From NCBI GenBank assembly GCA_028715965.1, contig JAQUQS010000001.1, forward strand, positions 1,259 to 65,258: a stretch of DNA of 64,000 nt. Direction: 5' to 3'. The DNA comes from Candidatus Omnitrophota bacterium (GTDB lineage Bacteria; Omnitrophota; Gorgyraeia; Tantalellales; Tantalellaceae). This document shows positions 48,908-62,654 of the stretch, piece by piece (the stretch's first letter is position 1; each line of letters opens with the position of its first letter). A program made the position numbers and the translations under genes. The notes beneath the pieces were generated by a model. That model worked only from the letters and a program-made list of their open reading frames with translations. It did no database searches and had not been told where the DNA came from.

Positions 48908-49600
48908 CTATTCTTTACCTTCTTTGTTTTCTTCTTTATCCTCAGCCTTTTCCTCGACACGAGGCGCTATCGGCTTTTTCTTGGCATACTTTATGACCAG
49001 ATATGTCCCGTTGGCGCCGGGTACCGCGCCTTTTACCGCGACTATGTTCTTCCCCGGGTCTACATCCACTACCTCGAGATTCTGGGTCGTGGTCTGGTCA
49101 CTGCCCATATGACCCGCCATGCGAAGGCCTTTGAACACCCTTGACGGATAAGAACTTGATCCGATCGAACCGGGCGCCCTGTGGGACATCGACCCGTGGG
49201 CCGCTCCACCGCCGTTCCAGTTATGGCGTTTCATGCCCCCCTGGAACCCCTTACCTTTGGACGTCCCGATTATGTCAAGATAATCGCCCTTCTGTATAAT
49301 GACACTCGTTATCTCGTCCCCCACCTTGACCTCAGGCGCGTCCTGGGTGCGTATCTCACGCACGAACTTTTTAGGCTTTATGTTCTGCGCCTTAACATAT
49401 TCCCTCTGGGGCTTGTTAAGTCTGGCCTCTTTTGTATCCTCATAACCCATCTGTACGGCGTTATACCCGTCCTTTTCCTTGACCTTAACGGCTTGCACCT
49501 GACAGGGGCCGACTTCCAGCACCGTTACCGGCACTTTCTCGCCGTCTTCCCTGAATATCTGGGTCATCCCTATTTTCTTCCCTAAAATTCCCGGAACCAT
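48908..49600 (-). CDS. rplC: 50S ribosomal protein L3 (short acidic/Lys C-terminal tail)
   Basis: …ILGKKIGMTQIF…GKGFQGGMKRHNWNGG…. Confidence 0.95.
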   Translation of the reverse strand: MVPGILGKKIGMTQIFREDGEKVPVTVLEVGPCQVQAVKVKEKDGYNAVQMGYEDTKEARLNKPQREYVKAQNIKPKKFVREIRTQDAPEVKVGDEITSVIIQKGDYLDIIGTSKGKGFQGGMKRHNWNGGGAAHGSMSHRAPGSIGSSSYPSRVFKGLRMAGHMGSDQTTTQNLEVVDVDPGKNIVAVKGAVPGANGTYLVIKYAKKKPIAPRVEEKAEDKEENKEGKE

Positions 49601-49718
49601 CTTTGCCTCTCTCGATATTATAGTTCTTGTTATTACTTACCAGGCATCGGCCACTCCATGACCACCCGAACACGGATCCACTATGGCCTAACTGATCTCT
49701 GTGCCTGTCAAATAGCTT

Positions 49719-50036
49719 TTACTTTATCTCTACGTCCACACCCGCCGGAAGATCAAGCTTGCGAAGAGCGTCTATGGTCTTCGTCGTCGGGTCCAGTATG
49801 TCCAGAAGGCGCTTATGCGTCTTCATCTCGAACTGCTCACGCGACTTCTTGTCCACATGAGGAGACCTGAGGACCGTATAAAGCTCCCGCCTTGTCGGCA
49901 GCGGTACCGGTCCTACTACGGCCCCGCCGGTCTTTTTCACGGTCTCCACTATTTCCTGCATTGATACATCAAGAAGTTTGTGGTCAAAAGATCTAAGACG
50001 TATCCTTATTTTAGCTGCCTTGGTTTTATTCGCCAT
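49719..50036 (-). CDS. rpsJ: 30S ribosomal protein S10
   Basis: [23 protein letters not shown]…[29 protein letters not shown]. Confidence 0.95.
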   Translation of the reverse strand: MANKTKAAKIRIRLRSFDHKLLDVSMQEIVETVKKTGGAVVGPVPLPTRRELYTVLRSPHVDKKSREQFEMKTHKRLLDILDPTTKTIDALRKLDLPAGVDVEIK

Positions 50037-50054
50037 CTTACCCTCTTATCCCCT

Positions 50055-51254
50055 TTATGCCAGTATCTCTGATATTACACCCGCTCCTACCGTACGTCCG
50101 CCTTCCCTTATGGCGAACCTGAGCTCTTTCTCCAGCGCTACCGGCGTTATAAGCTCTACTTCTATCGATACGTTGTCGCCCGGCATTACCATCTCCACTC
50201 CCTCTGCCAGCTTCACCACTCCGGTAACATCCGTCGTCCTTATGTAGAACTGCGGCCTGTACCCGTTGAAGAACGGTGTATGTCTCCCGCCTTCTTCTTT
50301 GCTCAGTACATATACTTCCGCCTTGAACTTCGTGTGCGGGGTTATCGATCCCGGCTGCGCCAGTACCTGTCCCCTCATAAGGTCCTTCTTATCTATACCC
50401 CTGAGCAGTATACCCACGTTGTCCCCGGCCTGGCCCGAATCAAGAAGCTTTCGGAACATCTCTACCCCGGTCACCGTGCTCTTCTTCGTGTCGCCAAATC
50501 CTACTATCTCTATTTCTTCCCCTACCTTTACCTGCCCTCTCTCTATCCTGCCCGTACCAACTGTGCCTCTTCCCGTGATGCTGAACACGTCCTCTATCGG
50601 GCAAAGGAACGGCTTATCTATGTCCCTCTTCGGCTCGGGCATGAACTCGTCCACCGCGTTCATCAACTCGTCTATGAACGCGCAATCCGGATTGTCCAGC
50701 GCGCCCTTCGCCTCAAGCGCCTTTAACGCGCTTCCCTTGATTATCGGTGTGTCGTCCCCGGGGAAATTGTACTTGCTCAAAAGCTCCCTTATCTCGAGTT
50801 CCACAAGGTCCAACAGTTCCGGGTCGTCCACCATATCCACCTTGTTCATGCATACGACTATAGCCGGTACGTTGACCTGCCTGGCCAGAAGTATATGTTC
50901 CCTCGTCTGCGGCATCGGACCGTCAGCGGCCGATACTACCAGTATGGCCCCGTCCATCTGCGCGGCCCCGGTGATCATGTTCTTGATATAGTCAGCGTGA
51001 CCAGGGCAGTCTATGTGCGCGTAATGCCTCTTCGGTGTCGTGTATTCAACGTGCGCTACCGCTATGGTGATACCTCTTTCCTTTTCCTCAGGTGCCTTGT
51101 CGATCGTATCGAACGCCCTCGCCTCTGCCTGACCTTTGTTCGCCAGGTACGTCGTTATCGCTGCCGTTAACGTCGTCTTGCCATGGTCAACGTGACCTAT
51201 CGTTCCAATGTTCAGATGCGGCTTGTTACGTTCAAATTTTTCCTTGGCCATCAC
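50055..51254 (-). CDS. tuf: elongation factor Tu
   Basis: [34 protein letters not shown]… 399 aa. It lies immediately upstream of rpsJ, with an 18-nt gap. Confidence 0.97.
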   Translation of the reverse strand: MMAKEKFERNKPHLNIGTIGHVDHGKTTLTAAITTYLANKGQAEARAFDTIDKAPEEKERGITIAVAHVEYTTPKRHYAHIDCPGHADYIKNMITGAAQMDGAILVVSAADGPMPQTREHILLARQVNVPAIVVCMNKVDMVDDPELLDLVELEIRELLSKYNFPGDDTPIIKGSALKALEAKGALDNPDCAFIDELMNAVDEFMPEPKRDIDKPFLCPIEDVFSITGRGTVGTGRIERGQVKVGEEIEIVGFGDTKKSTVTGVEMFRKLLDSGQAGDNVGILLRGIDKKDLMRGQVLAQPGSITPHTKFKAEVYVLSKEEGGRHTPFFNGYRPQFYIRTTDVTGVVKLAEGVEMVMPGDNVSIEVELITPVALEKELRFAIREGGRTVGAGVISEILA

Positions 51255-51307
51255 TTACCTCCTTGAATAGAACCGCCTAATCTTATATTAATAATATTAG
51301 GCGGCCT

Positions 51308-53377
51308 TTATTTTACCTTACCTGTAATTATCTTATCCATTATATCCCTAGGCACTTCTTTGTAAAAAGAAGGCTCCATTGTATACGTAGCACGCCCCTG
51401 TGTCAAGCTTCTTAATGCCGTGGCATATCCGAACATCTGCGCAAGAGGCGCTTCGCCGTTTATTATCTTCGTGCTGCCGTGCTGTTCGATATTCGTGACC
51501 TTTATCCTGCGCATGTTCATATCTCCAATAACATCTCCCAGATACTCGTCCGGTGTCGTGACCTCCAGGTCCATAATAGGCTCAAGCAGCACAGCGCCCG
51601 CTTTACGCAGACCTTCCCGGAGCCCTATGCCGGCGGCGTTACTGAACGCCATTTCCGAGGAATCCACATCGTGGTACGATCCATCATAGAGTGTTACCTT
51701 TACATCCGTTACCGGATATCCCGCCAGGACACCGGTCTTTGCGGCTGCCGTTACACCCTGTGAGATCGCCTTGAAATATTCCCTGGGGATGCTGCCACCT
51801 TTTATTTTCTCCTCAAAGACTATCCCCTCGCCGGGTTCTGACGGCTCGACTATGAGCTCAACATGCCCGTACTGACCACGCCCACCACTCTGTTGTATGA
51901 ACTTCCCGGTGGCCTCAACCTTGTTTTTTATGGTCTCTCTGTACGCGACCTGCGGGCTGCCGACCGTAGCGCCGACCTTGAACTCTCTTAATAGCCTGTC
52001 GATTATTATCTCGAGGTGGAGCTCACCCATACCGCTTATCAATGTCTGTCCGGTCTCTTCGTTGTATCTTACCTGGAATGACGGATCTTCGCTTTCAAGT
52101 TTTCTCAGGGCTTCACCCATCTTGTCCTGGTCGATGCGGGTCTTGGGCTCGATCGACATGGATATTACCGGATCAGGATATTTGATACGTTCCAGCGACA
52201 CAGGATGGTCCTGGGAGCAAAGTGTATGCGCCGTGGCGGTGTTCTTAAGCCCCACGATACCTATGATATCCCCGGGACCGCCGTTCTGCACCATTTCGCG
52301 CTGCGCGGCGTGCATCTTCAAGAGCTGCCCTATTCTCTCTTTTTTCTCCGTCGTGGAGTTATAAACATACGTGCCGGATTCCATTTTTCCCTGGTATATC
52401 CTGGCGAATGTTATCGTCCCAACGAACGGGTCCGTCATTATCTTATACGCGTACGCGCACAAAGGTCTTTTCTCTTCCGGGATTATCTCGACCGGCTGGT
52501 CGTTCTTGGGATTTATGGCCTTCGGCATCTTTACGTCCTCGGGCGACGGCAGATATTCGTTCACCGCGTCCAACACTAACTTGATACCTTTGTTCTTCAG
52601 GGCTGATCCGCAAAGCACGGGAACAAAAACGTTCTTTATTGTAGCCCGGCGTATTATCTCCCGCAGTTTGTCGGGATATATTCCCTGGTCCATAAGGTAC
52701 ATGTCCTCGGCTTCAGGATCAACATCCGCCAGCTTCTCGATGAGATTGTGCCTCCAGTGGCTTGTTATGTCCTTCATGTCGTCCGGGATCTCTGTTTCCA
52801 CCATCTCGCCCAGATCGCCTTTTTCCCCGAACATATACGCCTTACATGTTATAAGATCTATGACTCCCCTGAAGTCATCCTCTTTGCCTATGGGTATCTG
52901 CAAGGGGTTAGCGTTCGCCGCCAGTTTTTTATGCATGTCGATTATGACCTTGTAGAAATCCGCTCCCACACGGTCTATCTTGTTGATCAGCGCGATCTTC
53001 GGCACTTCATAGTGGTCTGCCTGACGCCACACCGTCTCGGTCTGAGGCTGTACTCCACCTACCGCGCAGAACACCACGAGTGTACCATCGAGCACCTTCA
53101 GGGACCTTTCGACCTCTATCGTGAAATCAACGTGCCCGGGGGTATCGATTATGTTTATTTTCTTATCTTTCCAGGAACATGTGGTTACAGCGCTGTTTAT
53201 GGTAATACCTCTTTCCTGTTCCTGTTCCATCCAGTCCATGACCGCGGTACCTTCATGCACCTCGCCTATCTTATAGGTCTTCCCGGTATGAAAAAGTATA
53301 CGTTCTGTTACGGTCGTTTTCCCCGCGTCTATATGCGCGATAATGCCGATATTTCGTAATTTACTGATCTCGTCCAT
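51308..53377 (-). CDS. fusA: elongation factor G
   Basis: …[21 protein letters not shown]…DTPGHVDF… The ORF track starts at a GTG at 53428 that overlaps rpsG. An ATG at 53377 ([12 protein letters not shown]) with a purine-rich upstream stretch is the likelier start. Confidence 0.95.
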   Translation of the reverse strand: MDEISKLRNIGIIAHIDAGKTTVTERILFHTGKTYKIGEVHEGTAVMDWMEQEQERGITINSAVTTCSWKDKKINIIDTPGHVDFTIEVERSLKVLDGTLVVFCAVGGVQPQTETVWRQADHYEVPKIALINKIDRVGADFYKVIIDMHKKLAANANPLQIPIGKEDDFRGVIDLITCKAYMFGEKGDLGEMVETEIPDDMKDITSHWRHNLIEKLADVDPEAEDMYLMDQGIYPDKLREIIRRATIKNVFVPVLCGSALKNKGIKLVLDAVNEYLPSPEDVKMPKAINPKNDQPVEIIPEEKRPLCAYAYKIMTDPFVGTITFARIYQGKMESGTYVYNSTTEKKERIGQLLKMHAAQREMVQNGGPGDIIGIVGLKNTATAHTLCSQDHPVSLERIKYPDPVISMSIEPKTRIDQDKMGEALRKLESEDPSFQVRYNEETGQTLISGMGELHLEIIIDRLLREFKVGATVGSPQVAYRETIKNKVEATGKFIQQSGGRGQYGHVELIVEPSEPGEGIVFEEKIKGGSIPREYFKAISQGVTAAAKTGVLAGYPVTDVKVTLYDGSYHDVDSSEMAFSNAAGIGLREGLRKAGAVLLEPIMDLEVTTPDEYLGDVIGDMNMRRIKVTNIEQHGSTKIINGEAPLAQMFGYATALRSLTQGRATYTMEPSFYKEVPRDIMDKIITGKVK

Positions 53378-53421
53378 TTCTCTTTCAACTCTTTTCTCTT
53401 GGTTTTTCACAAGTTGCGATA

Positions 53422-53892
53422 TTACCACTTGAAATGGGCGAAGGCCTTGTTGGCCTCGGCCATCTTGTGGGTATCTTCTCTTTTCTTGATCGTGGAACCC
53501 TCGTTCTTATAAGCACTTATGATCTCATCCGCAAGCCTGTCCTTCATGGGACGGCCTTTCTGCGCGCGCGCGAAATCCCTCATCCACCTCATGGCTATGA
53601 ACTGACCGCGATCCATAGGTACTTCCAGCGGGACCTGGTATGTAGCCCCTCCTATCCTCCTGGATTTGACTTCCAGGAGCGGACGCGAGTTCTCCAACGC
53701 CTGAAGGAAAACATCCAGCGGTTCTTTCCCGGTGACCTTCTCGCGTATCATATCCAGCGCACCGTACACTATCTGTTCCGCCGTGGACTTCTTCCCTCTT
53801 TCCATTACCATATTAATGAACTTCCCAAGTACCTTGCTGCCATATTTGGGATCGGGTGATGGTTTTCTTCTTTCAGCTCGACGCCTTCTCAT
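53422..53892 (-). CDS. rpsG: 30S ribosomal protein S7
   Basis: …[32 protein letters not shown]… 156 aa. Confidence 0.95.
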   Translation of the reverse strand: MRRRRAERRKPSPDPKYGSKVLGKFINMVMERGKKSTAEQIVYGALDMIREKVTGKEPLDVFLQALENSRPLLEVKSRRIGGATYQVPLEVPMDRGQFIAMRWMRDFARAQKGRPMKDRLADEIISAYKNEGSTIKKREDTHKMAEANKAFAHFKW

Positions 53893-53910
53893 GTTACTCC
53901 CTGTTCTTCT

Positions 53911-54285
53911 TTACTGTTTTGGTTTCTTTGCTCCGTATTTCGACCTGCTGCGCCTGCGGGCTTCGACTCCTGAAGCGTCAAGCGTTCCCCTAACAATGTG
54001 ATACCTAACGCCCGGAAGGTCCTTTACCCTGCCTCCGCGTATAGTGACTATGGAGTGTTCCTGCAGGTTATGCCCTTCGCCGGGGATATAGGCCGTGACC
54101 TCTATGTTGTTCGTCAAACGAACACGGGCTACTTTTCTTAGAGCCGAGTTCGGCTTTTTGGGTGTACGCGTCTTTACCTGCAAACACACACCCCGTCTCT
54201 GTGGGCAGCTCTGCAGCGCCGGCGACTTGCTCTTGCTCTTCACTACCCGTCTTCCTTTTCGCACTAACTGATTGATCGTAGGCAT
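53911..54285 (-). CDS. rpsL: 30S ribosomal protein S12
   Basis: [34 protein letters not shown]… 124 aa. Confidence 0.97.
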   Translation of the reverse strand: MPTINQLVRKGRRVVKSKSKSPALQSCPQRRGVCLQVKTRTPKKPNSALRKVARVRLTNNIEVTAYIPGEGHNLQEHSIVTIRGGRVKDLPGVRYHIVRGTLDASGVEARRRSRSKYGAKKPKQ

Positions 54286-54302
54286 ATCTTCCCTTTTCCT
54301 TT

Positions 54303-57300
54303 TTATTCTTCGGTACTTTCCACTGTTTCTTTTTCAGGTTCCTTCACTTCGATCTTCAGGATCTCCCTGTCCAGGTCTATTTTACGATGGATATCATATC
54401 CTGTACCCGCGGGTATCAGGTGACCCATTATTATGTTCTCTTTAAGCCCCTCAAGGTTATCTATCTTACCCGCGGAAGCCGCTTCCGTAAGGACTCTTGT
54501 GGTCTCCTGGAAGCTGGCGGCCGAGATGAAACTTTCCGTGGTCAGCGACGCCTTGGTTATGCCCTGGAGTATCGGTTCGGCTTTGGCCGGTTTCTTCTTT
54601 TTCTTCAGCGCGGCCTCATTGGCTCTCTTGAATATCTGCCTTTCAACCTTGTCTCCCATAAGGAACTCAGTATCCCCCGACTCGGTGATCACGACCGTAC
54701 GGAGCATCTGTTTTATTATTACCTCTATGTGTTTATCATTTATCTGCACACCCTGGAGGCGGTATACTTCCTGGACCTCGTTCAGGAGATACTGCTGAAG
54801 TGCTTTTTCTCCAGACACCCTGAGAATATCCTGCGGGACGATAGGACCGTCCACGAGCTGCTCACCCGCCGTTACCCTGTCCCCACGATACACATTGAGA
54901 TGTTTTCCGTGCGGTATAACGTATTCTTTACGCATACCGGACTCGCTCTCAACGACTATCCTCTTCTGGCCCTTCTTGGACTCGCCGAACTCCACGACAC
55001 CGTCTATTTCACTTATTATCGACGGGTCCTTGGGTTTACGGGCCTCAAAAAGCTCCGCTACCCTGGGTAGACCACCCGTGATATCCTTCGTTTTGGTCAT
55101 AACACGGTGAGTCTTGGCTAGCACGTCGCCGGCCCTTACTTCCTGTTTATCCTTCACGGCTATATGAGCGCCTACCGGAAGCGGGTATATGGCCTCAACC
55201 TCGTTCTTGCTGTTTATGATAAGTATCTGAGGATGATAGTCCTCTTTCTGGTCTATCACAACTACGTTCTGCACGCCCGTAGCCTCGTCTATTTCTATCT
55301 TCATGGTAACGTCTTTTTTGATATCCTCGAACTGTACCGTACCCTCTATTTCCGTCAATATCGGAACGGTGTACGGGTCCCATTCGGCGTATTTGGCCTT
55401 TTTCTTGATGGGGTCGCCGTCCTTGTAGGAAAGGTACGAACCTTGCAGGACGATCTGTTTCTCGATCTCCCTGCCGTCGGACTGGTCTATGCTTATCTGT
55501 CCGTTCCTGTTAAGCACGACGAACACACCTGGTGTCCTGCTCTCTACCACCTTGAGGTTGTGGTACCTGATAAAACCATCCTCTTTGGCCTGATAGAACG
55601 ATTGCTCAATGGTCCTGGACGCGGTACCACCTATGTGGAACGTTCTCATTGTGAGCTGTGTACCCGGCTCACCAATGGACTGGGCGGCGATTATACCTAC
55701 CGCCTCACCTATCTCGGCCAGTTTCCCGGTCGCCAGGTTCTTGCCGTAACACTTAGCGCATATGCCGCTGTCCGACTCACAGGTAAGCACACTGCGTATA
55801 CGCATGGTCTCAAGCATGGGTATTTTCTCTATCTTCTGTGCCTGTTCCTGCTCTATCATCTCGCCGGCCTTTATGATCACTTCTCCCGTAAGCGGATCCG
55901 CTATGTTGTCCAACGCGACACGTCCGGATATCCTCTCGGCCAGCGGAACGACCACTTCGTCGCCCTCTATGATAGCACTTACCGTTATGCCGTTCAAAGT
56001 ACCGCAATCTATCTCACGGATTATCATGTCCTGGGCCACGTCTACCAGCCTCCTGGTCAGGTATCCGGAATCCGCCGTCTTTAAGGCGGTATCCGCCAAC
56101 CCTTTACGCGCGCCGTGAGTGGATATGAAGTATTCAAGCACAGTAAGACCTTCACGGAAGTTAGCCGTGATAGGCGTTTCTATGATCTCCCCGGAAGGTT
56201 TGGCCATAAGGCCCCTCATCCCCGCCAGCTGCCTGATCTGTTGCCTGGAACCTCTAGCACCGGAATCCGCCATCATGAACACGGGATTGAAACTGTCGAG
56301 ATTCCTGAACACCATGTTGGATACGTCTTCCGTAACGTGGGTCCATATATCTATGATCTTATTGTATCTTTCACCGTCGGTAATGAACCCTCTCTGGTAC
56401 TGGCTCACTATCTTGTCAACTTCCGCCTGCGCGCTCTCTATCTTTTTAGCCTTTTCTGCCGGTACGCTGAGGTCAGACACCGACATCGACGCTCCGGAAA
56501 GGGTCGATTCCTCAAAACCCAGCTTTTTCAGCCTGTCCAGGAGATTAACGGTCTCAAGATGCCCTTTGACCGAGTAGCATTCGGAAATAACATCGCTGAC
56601 CTTCTTCTTGTTCATGGGCTCGTTATAGTAAGGTAGATCGTCGGGGAGGATCTTGTTGAAAAGTACCCGTCCAACCGTGGTCTCGATGGTCTCACCCTTT
56701 ATACGCACCTTGATCTTGGCGTGCTTATCCACCTGCTCGTTCTGGTACGCCATGATACACTCGTCCTCGCTACCGAACATCATCCCCTCGCCCTTCGCCC
56801 CGACACTTTGCTTGGTCAGGTAATAAGCGCCCAGGACTATATCCTGCGAAGGCGTGGAGATCGGTCTTCCATTAGCGGGTGAGAATATGTTATTAGAAGC
56901 GTTCATTATGAGCCTTGCTTCCATCTGGGCTTCCATGGAAAGCGGAAGATGTACGGCCATCTGGTCCCCGTCAAAGTCCGCGTTGAACGCGGCACAGACC
57001 AACGGATGTATCCTTATGGCCTTACCCTCGATAAGCCTCGGCTGGAAAGCCTGTATCCCGAGCCTGTGGAGTGTTGGGGCCCTGTTGAGAAGCACCGGAT
57101 GATCCTTGATGACCTCGTCAAGGATGTCCCATACTTCGGGGTTCTCCTGCTGGACCATCTTCTTGGCGCTCTTTATCGTGTGTACGAACCCTTTATCTCT
57201 CAGTTTCCTTATTATGAACGGCTGGTAAAGCTCGAGCGCCATCACCTTAGGCAGACCGCACTCATGCAGCTTGAGTTCAGGCCCTATAACTATAACGCTC

Positions 57301-58355
57301 CTGCCTGAATAGTCCACCCTCTTACCAAGAAGGTTCTGGCGAAAACGACCCTGTTTACCCTTGAGCATGTCTGCCAGGGACTTGAGCGGACGTCCACCGG
57401 AGCCTACCACCTCACGCCCGTGCCTTCCGTTATCAAAAAGCGCGTCAACAGCCTCCTGGAGCATTCTTTTCTCGTTGCGCACGATGACCTCAGGAGCCTT
57501 AAGCTCCAGAAGTTTTTTCAGACGGTTGTTCCTGTTTATCACGCGCCTGTAAAGATCGTTAAGGTCACTGGTAGCGAAACGCCCTCCCTCAAGAGGCACA
57601 AGCGGCCGAAGGTCCGGCGGTATAACGGGTATCATGTCCAATATCATCCATTCAGCGTCGTTCCCGCTGCGTCTGAAGGTTTCCACGACCTTCAGCCTCT
57701 TCATTAGCCGGTTCCTGGTATTAAGGTCCTTCTTCTCGGCCATTTTGGCCATAAGGTCCGCGGCTATGGTATCAAGGTCAAGCTGCCGGAGAAGTTCCCT
57801 TACCGCTTCCGCGCCCATCATAGCCTTGAATTTGCTGCCATACTTCTCCCGGGCCTCCACATACTGGTCCTCGGTCAACATCTCCTGTACCTTGAGAGGC
57901 GTGTCACCCTGGTCGATCACAACATATTGCTCGTAATAAAGCACCCTTTCGAGATCCCTCATCTTCATATCAAGCAGATTTGCCATCCTTGAAGGTATAG
58001 CCTTGAAGAACCATACATGTGATACCGGCGCGGCCAGTTTTATGCATCCCATTCTTTCCCGACGCACGCTGGACTTGGTCACCTCGACGCCACAACGGTC
58101 ACATATTATACCCTTATGCTTTATCCGCTTATATTTGCCACAGTTACATTCATAATCCCGGGTAGGCCCGAATATCCTCTCACAAAAAAGGCCATCCCTC
58201 TCAGGCTTAAGCGTACGGTAATTTATCGTTTCGGGTTTTTTTACCTCGAACATGATAGTACGATTACCTACCTTACGCGTAGCCCATTCCTTTATCTTAT
58301 CCGGAGAAGCTATCTGTATGCGAACTGTATCGAACTTATTCACTTTGCGCAACAT
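54303..58355 (-). CDS. rpoC: DNA-directed RNA polymerase subunit beta'
   Basis: Zinc-binding [23 protein letters not shown] and the catalytic [12 protein letters not shown]. Start taken at MLRKVNKF (58355); the longer ORF to 58472 would overlap rpoB. Confidence 0.95.
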   Translation of the reverse strand: MLRKVNKFDTVRIQIASPDKIKEWATRKVGNRTIMFEVKKPETINYRTLKPERDGLFCERIFGPTRDYECNCGKYKRIKHKGIICDRCGVEVTKSSVRRERMGCIKLAAPVSHVWFFKAIPSRMANLLDMKMRDLERVLYYEQYVVIDQGDTPLKVQEMLTEDQYVEAREKYGSKFKAMMGAEAVRELLRQLDLDTIAADLMAKMAEKKDLNTRNRLMKRLKVVETFRRSGNDAEWMILDMIPVIPPDLRPLVPLEGGRFATSDLNDLYRRVINRNNRLKKLLELKAPEVIVRNEKRMLQEAVDALFDNGRHGREVVGSGGRPLKSLADMLKGKQGRFRQNLLGKRVDYSGRSVIVIGPELKLHECGLPKVMALELYQPFIIRKLRDKGFVHTIKSAKKMVQQENPEVWDILDEVIKDHPVLLNRAPTLHRLGIQAFQPRLIEGKAIRIHPLVCAAFNADFDGDQMAVHLPLSMEAQMEARLIMNASNNIFSPANGRPISTPSQDIVLGAYYLTKQSVGAKGEGMMFGSEDECIMAYQNEQVDKHAKIKVRIKGETIETTVGRVLFNKILPDDLPYYNEPMNKKKVSDVISECYSVKGHLETVNLLDRLKKLGFEESTLSGASMSVSDLSVPAEKAKKIESAQAEVDKIVSQYQRGFITDGERYNKIIDIWTHVTEDVSNMVFRNLDSFNPVFMMADSGARGSRQQIRQLAGMRGLMAKPSGEIIETPITANFREGLTVLEYFISTHGARKGLADTALKTADSGYLTRRLVDVAQDMIIREIDCGTLNGITVSAIIEGDEVVVPLAERISGRVALDNIADPLTGEVIIKAGEMIEQEQAQKIEKIPMLETMRIRSVLTCESDSGICAKCYGKNLATGKLAEIGEAVGIIAAQSIGEPGTQLTMRTFHIGGTASRTIEQSFYQAKEDGFIRYHNLKVVESRTPGVFVVLNRNGQISIDQSDGREIEKQIVLQGSYLSYKDGDPIKKKAKYAEWDPYTVPILTEIEGTVQFEDIKKDVTMKIEIDEATGVQNVVVIDQKEDYHPQILIINSKNEVEAIYPLPVGAHIAVKDKQEVRAGDVLAKTHRVMTKTKDITGGLPRVAELFEARKPKDPSIISEIDGVVEFGESKKGQKRIVVESESGMRKEYVIPHGKHLNVYRGDRVTAGEQLVDGPIVPQDILRVSGEKALQQYLLNEVQEVYRLQGVQINDKHIEVIIKQMLRTVVITESGDTEFLMGDKVERQIFKRANEAALKKKKKPAKAEPILQGITKASLTTESFISAASFQETTRVLTEAASAGKIDNLEGLKENIIMGHLIPAGTGYDIHRKIDLDREILKIEVKEPEKETVESTEE

Positions 58356-58368
58356 ATTATTTACTCCC

Positions 58369-61300
58369 CTATGCCTGTTCCGGTTTCTCGTTCTGTTCCA
58401 ACTGAACGTCAAGAGCCAGACTCTGAAGCTCTTTAATGAGAACGTTGAACGACTCCGGTGTACTTGGTTCAAGCATATTCTCGCCCTTGACTATCGTCTC
58501 GTATATCTTGGTTCGTCCCACGACATCGTCACTTTTTACCGTCAATAGTTCCTGTAGCGTATATGCCGCGCCATAAGCCTCTAGGGCCCAGACTTCCATT
58601 TCCCCGAATCTCTGGCCTCCGAACTGTGCCTTACCACCGAGTGGCTGCTGGGTCACCAGAGAATACGGGCCTATGGACCTGGCGTGCATTTTATCGTCGG
58701 CCAGATGCGCGAGCTTCATCATATATATGTATCCAACGGTCACAGGCTGATCGAACTCCTTACCCGTATATCCGTCCCGGAGCGTTATCTTACCCGAGAC
58801 AGGCAGTTTGGCCCTCTCCATGGCCTTACTGATATCCGTTTCCCTGGCGCCGTCGAACACAGGCGTCGTGAATTTGCATCCCAGCACCTTTGCCGCCCAT
58901 CCAAGCTGTGTCTCCAGAAGCTGACCGATATTCATACGGCTGGGTACACCAAGCGGGTTCAGCACGATATCAAGCGGCGTTCCATCCGGCAGATACGGCA
59001 TGTCCTCCACGGGCAATATCTTCGCGATAACACCCTTGTTCCCGTGGCGCCCGGCCATCTTGTCCCCGGCCTGCAGCTTTTTCTTGCTGGCGACATATAC
59101 CGTTATCCTCCTGAGCACCCCAGGAGGAAGCTCGTCACCGTGTTTTATCCTGTCCAGGTCCCGGTCCATCTCGGACATGGTCTGCTCTATCTGGCCATTT
59201 ATGGTCATTACGATGTTGTTTATCTTGGCCTGGAGCTTTTCATCGTTCTCCACGTATATACTTTCAAGGTCCGCTTTCTTGAACTTGTCGAGGTCGCTCT
59301 CGGCAACGATCTTCCCTGCCTTGATCAGCGGCTTACCCGTATCGACATCTTCCAGGTCGTTCATCAGCTTCTTGCCCACCAGTTTCTGGTGCACCCTCTC
59401 GGCTTTTCTTTCCTCAAGGCTGGCAAGTATGTTGTTATACCCCTCTTTGACTATCTTCAGCTCCTTATTGTCCTGCTTACGCTGCTCTTTCGTCAGGGTC
59501 TTCCTGTTCTTCCTGGAAAGCTCTTTGACATCGACTATTATACCGTTCACTCCGGAAGGTACTCTTAAAGAGACATCCTTGACGTCACCCGCTTTTTCGC
59601 CGAATATGGCGCGCAAAAGCTTCTCTTCCGGGGAAAGTTCGGTCTCCGATTTAGGCGCCACTTTACCGACCAGTATGCTGCCCGGGCCCACTTCCGCCCC
59701 CATCCGTATTATGCCGCTCTCGTCCAGGTTCTTGAGCGCGTCATCGCCTACGTTAGGTATGTCACGGGTTATCTCCTCGTTACCAAGCCGGGTATCCCTG
59801 GCCTCGCATTCAAAACGATGTATATGTATGGATGTATACGCGTCTTCCTTAAGCAATTTCTCGCTGATGAGTATGGCATCCTCAAAATTGTAACCTCTCC
59901 ACGACATGAATCCCGCCAGCACGTTCCTGCCCAGCGCGAGTTCTCCATCTTCCGTGGCTATACCATCGGCTAATATATCGCCTTCGTTCACGGAGTCACC
60001 CAGCTTAACGATAGGTCTCTGGTTAACACATGTCCGTGCGTTGGTCCTCTGGAATTTCTTTAACTTATACCTGTCCGTACCTATTACAACCTCCAAAGCG
60101 TCCACCTTGGATATTTTCCCACCCCTTTTGGCTATTACCACGGCGCCGGAATCCCTGGCCGAACGATACTCAAGTCCCGTGCCTACGAGCGGCGCTTCGG
60201 GGAAGAGAAGAGGTACTGCCTGGCGTTGCATGTTCGATCCCATGAGCGCCCTGTTGGCGTCATCATGTTCCAGGAACGGTATAAGTCCCGCGCATACGCT
60301 TACGAGCTGCAAAGGAGATACATCCATGTACTGGACATCCTTTACGTCAGCGACGATAAAATCATCCTTGAACCTGGAGAACACTTTATCGCTCTTGAAA
60401 TGTCCTTTGCCGTCAAGTTCACTGTTGGCCTGCGCTATGATGTAATTATCCTCAATATCGGCTGAAAGGTACTCTACATCATCCAGGACGCGACCGTTCT
60501 GGACCTTTCTGTAAGGAGTGACCAGGAATCCGAACCTGTCCACACCGGAATACGTGCTCAAAGAGTTGATAAGACCTATGTTCGGACCTTCCGGGGTTTC
60601 AATGGGACAAAGCCTGCCGTAGTGGGAATAATGCACGTCCCTGACCTCGAACCCGGCTCTTTCCCTGTTCAGGCCTCCCGGCCCGAGGGCACTGAGCCTC
60701 CTTAGATGAGTAAGTTCCGCCAACGGGTTTGTCTGGTCCATGAACTGGGAAAGCCTGCCGCGCGCGAAAAAATCATGGATAACACTTGTAATAAGCTTCG
60801 TGTTCACGAGATTATGGGGCATTACATCCTCCATCTCGTACACGCTCATTCTTTCCTTGGCCACCCTTTCGACCCTTGCCATGGATATACGTATCTGGTT
60901 CATCAGCTGTTCGCCCACACATCTTACGCGTCTGTTACCCAGATGGTCGATATCGTCTATGCTCTTAGTCCCGGCTTTTATTTCCAGAAGCGTGTTTATG
61001 GCCCTTACAAGCACCCCGGAGTCCAAAAGCCGCGCGCTAAGAGGACGGTCCAGATTAAGCTTGCGGTTGATCATCCGCACACCGACCTCGGTAAGATCAT
61101 ACCGCTTTTCATCGAAGAACATCTCGTTTATGAGGTCCTGCGCCGATTCAAGCGTCGGAGGATCGCCCGGTCTTAATTTCCTGTACACCTCAAGATACGC
61201 TTCTTCCCTGGTCTTCGTCCCGTCATGCTCGAGGGTCTTGATTATCTCCTTGGGTATGTCCTGTAGCAGTTTTATCTCGCGCACCTTGCTTCTCCAGATG

Positions 61301-62082
61301 CGCTCTGCTACGGATGACGTTATCTTTTCCGTATGCTGGGCTATTATGGATGATGATTCCTCGTCGACTATATCCTCGGCAAGCACTCTTCCTACGAGGT
61401 CTTCACACTGTTTTTGCCGGGTCAAGGTAACGGGTTCCACTCCGCCGAACGCCTTCAGGATCTCTTCATCCCGGGACAATCCAAAAATGCGAAGGAACGT
61501 GGTCGCGAGGAACTTCCTTTTCCTGTCGATGTACACATACAGAAGATCGCTCTTGTCAAAAAGGAACTCTATCCATGCCCCTCTGTCGGGGATCAGCCTA
61601 GCGGAGAAGATGGACTTGCCGCCCGTCGAGGAACTTTCCTCGAAAGATATGCCCGGAGAACGATGCAGCTGGCTTACCACTACCCTCTCATCCCCGTTGA
61701 TTATGTAGGTCCCGATATCGGTCATTAGCGGGACCTCTCCCACATAGACCTCCTGCTCCTTCATCTCGGTCTCGAGCTTAAGGCGCAATTTGATCCTCAG
61801 CGGTGCCGCGAAGGTCAAAGACCTTCTCTTGCATTCTTCGATGTCATACTTGGGTTCCTTTATCTCGTAATAAAGGTACTCCAGACGGTATTTCCCGTCC
61901 TGACTGACTATCGGGAACACTTCCCTGAAAAGGGCTTCCATCCCCTTGTTCTCTCTCTTGGTCTTCGGGGCGTCCTTCTGCAGGAATTCCGCGTAAGAAT
62001 CTATCTGGATCTTTATGAGGTTCGGGATATCAAATATATCCTTCAACCTGGCATAACTTTGGCGCTGGACTGCAACAGCCAT
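58369..62082 (-). CDS. rpoB: DNA-directed RNA polymerase subunit beta
   Basis: 1237 aa, [35 protein letters not shown]… conserved throughout. Confidence 0.97.
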   Translation of the reverse strand: MAVAVQRQSYARLKDIFDIPNLIKIQIDSYAEFLQKDAPKTKRENKGMEALFREVFPIVSQDGKYRLEYLYYEIKEPKYDIEECKRRSLTFAAPLRIKLRLKLETEMKEQEVYVGEVPLMTDIGTYIINGDERVVVSQLHRSPGISFEESSSTGGKSIFSARLIPDRGAWIEFLFDKSDLLYVYIDRKRKFLATTFLRIFGLSRDEEILKAFGGVEPVTLTRQKQCEDLVGRVLAEDIVDEESSSIIAQHTEKITSSVAERIWRSKVREIKLLQDIPKEIIKTLEHDGTKTREEAYLEVYRKLRPGDPPTLESAQDLINEMFFDEKRYDLTEVGVRMINRKLNLDRPLSARLLDSGVLVRAINTLLEIKAGTKSIDDIDHLGNRRVRCVGEQLMNQIRISMARVERVAKERMSVYEMEDVMPHNLVNTKLITSVIHDFFARGRLSQFMDQTNPLAELTHLRRLSALGPGGLNRERAGFEVRDVHYSHYGRLCPIETPEGPNIGLINSLSTYSGVDRFGFLVTPYRKVQNGRVLDDVEYLSADIEDNYIIAQANSELDGKGHFKSDKVFSRFKDDFIVADVKDVQYMDVSPLQLVSVCAGLIPFLEHDDANRALMGSNMQRQAVPLLFPEAPLVGTGLEYRSARDSGAVVIAKRGGKISKVDALEVVIGTDRYKLKKFQRTNARTCVNQRPIVKLGDSVNEGDILADGIATEDGELALGRNVLAGFMSWRGYNFEDAILISEKLLKEDAYTSIHIHRFECEARDTRLGNEEITRDIPNVGDDALKNLDESGIIRMGAEVGPGSILVGKVAPKSETELSPEEKLLRAIFGEKAGDVKDVSLRVPSGVNGIIVDVKELSRKNRKTLTKEQRKQDNKELKIVKEGYNNILASLEERKAERVHQKLVGKKLMNDLEDVDTGKPLIKAGKIVAESDLDKFKKADLESIYVENDEKLQAKINNIVMTINGQIEQTMSEMDRDLDRIKHGDELPPGVLRRITVYVASKKKLQAGDKMAGRHGNKGVIAKILPVEDMPYLPDGTPLDIVLNPLGVPSRMNIGQLLETQLGWAAKVLGCKFTTPVFDGARETDISKAMERAKLPVSGKITLRDGYTGKEFDQPVTVGYIYMMKLAHLADDKMHARSIGPYSLVTQQPLGGKAQFGGQRFGEMEVWALEAYGAAYTLQELLTVKSDDVVGRTKIYETIVKGENMLEPSTPESFNVLIKELQSLALDVQLEQNEKPEQA

Positions 62083-62192
62083 TGTTTATCACTTCTCCTA
62101 TTTTTTTCGGTATCAACGTCATTCATACCGCACATCCACGGGCCAAGCTACCCTTGGATCGGAGCATGACCCCCAAGGAAATAACTTTACGG

Positions 62193-62642
62193 TTATTTCA
62201 GCTCGATCTTGGCGCCAGCTGCTTCCAGCTGCTTCTTCATCTTTTCGGCTTCTTCCTTGGTGACGTTCTCCGCTATTTCTTTCGGAGCCGATTCTACAAG
62301 GTCTTTCGCTTCCTTAAGGCCAAGATTGGTCAAAGCTCTTACTTCCTTGATAACGTTGATCTTCTTGTCGCCAGCTGAGGCCAGAACGACCGTGAATATG
62401 GTCTTTTCTTCTTCAGCCGCAGCAGCCGCGGGAGCAGCGCCACCGGCTATCGCTACCGCGGGAGCCGCGGCGGATACGCCGAACTTGTCTTCAAGGGCTT
62501 TAACCAGATCGGAGAGCTCAAGCACGGTCATACCCTCTATCGTGCCGATCATCTCTTCCATCTTGGCGGAAAGCTTCACCTTAGGCTTGGTCTCTTCAGC
62601 GACCGCGGTAGCCTCTTCTTGTTTTTTCTGTTCCTCTGTCAT
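62193..62642 (-). CDS. rplL: 50S ribosomal protein L7/L12
   Basis: An Ala/Pro-rich hinge ([22 protein letters not shown]) and a C-terminal domain …[25 protein letters not shown]…. Confidence 0.95.
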   Translation of the reverse strand: MTEEQKKQEEATAVAEETKPKVKLSAKMEEMIGTIEGMTVLELSDLVKALEDKFGVSAAAPAVAIAGGAAPAAAAAEEEKTIFTVVLASAGDKKINVIKEVRALTNLGLKEAKDLVESAPKEIAENVTKEEAEKMKKQLEAAGAKIELK

Positions 62643-62654
62643 CTCATGTCCTCC

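Noticed and set aside
49601-49718. 118-nt rpsJ–rplC spacer and the 62-aa minus-strand ORF at 49485..49673
   Set aside because: The small ORF overlaps the conserved L3 N-terminus out of frame and has an Arg/Gly-rich nonsense composition. The spacer shows no convincing structure. It is probably just a longer intergenic region with the L3 RBS (gagagagg).
51255-51307. tRNA genes in the tuf/fusA neighbourhood (as in E. coli thrU-tyrU-glyT-thrT-tufB)
   Set aside because: The gaps are only 53 nt and 18 nt, which leaves no room for a tRNA. No cloverleaf-like sequence was seen anywhere in the window.
58355-58472. N-terminal 39-codon extension of rpoC suggested by the ORF track
   Set aside because: It would overlap the 3' end of rpoB by ~100 nt. 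The residues ([18 protein letters not shown]…) are not beta'-like. [24 protein letters not shown] matches the canonical beta' N-terminus.
62083-62192. rplL–rpoB intergenic attenuator/terminator (as in E. coli)
   Set aside because: Only short imperfect stems (CCTTGG…CCAAGG) and no U-tract.
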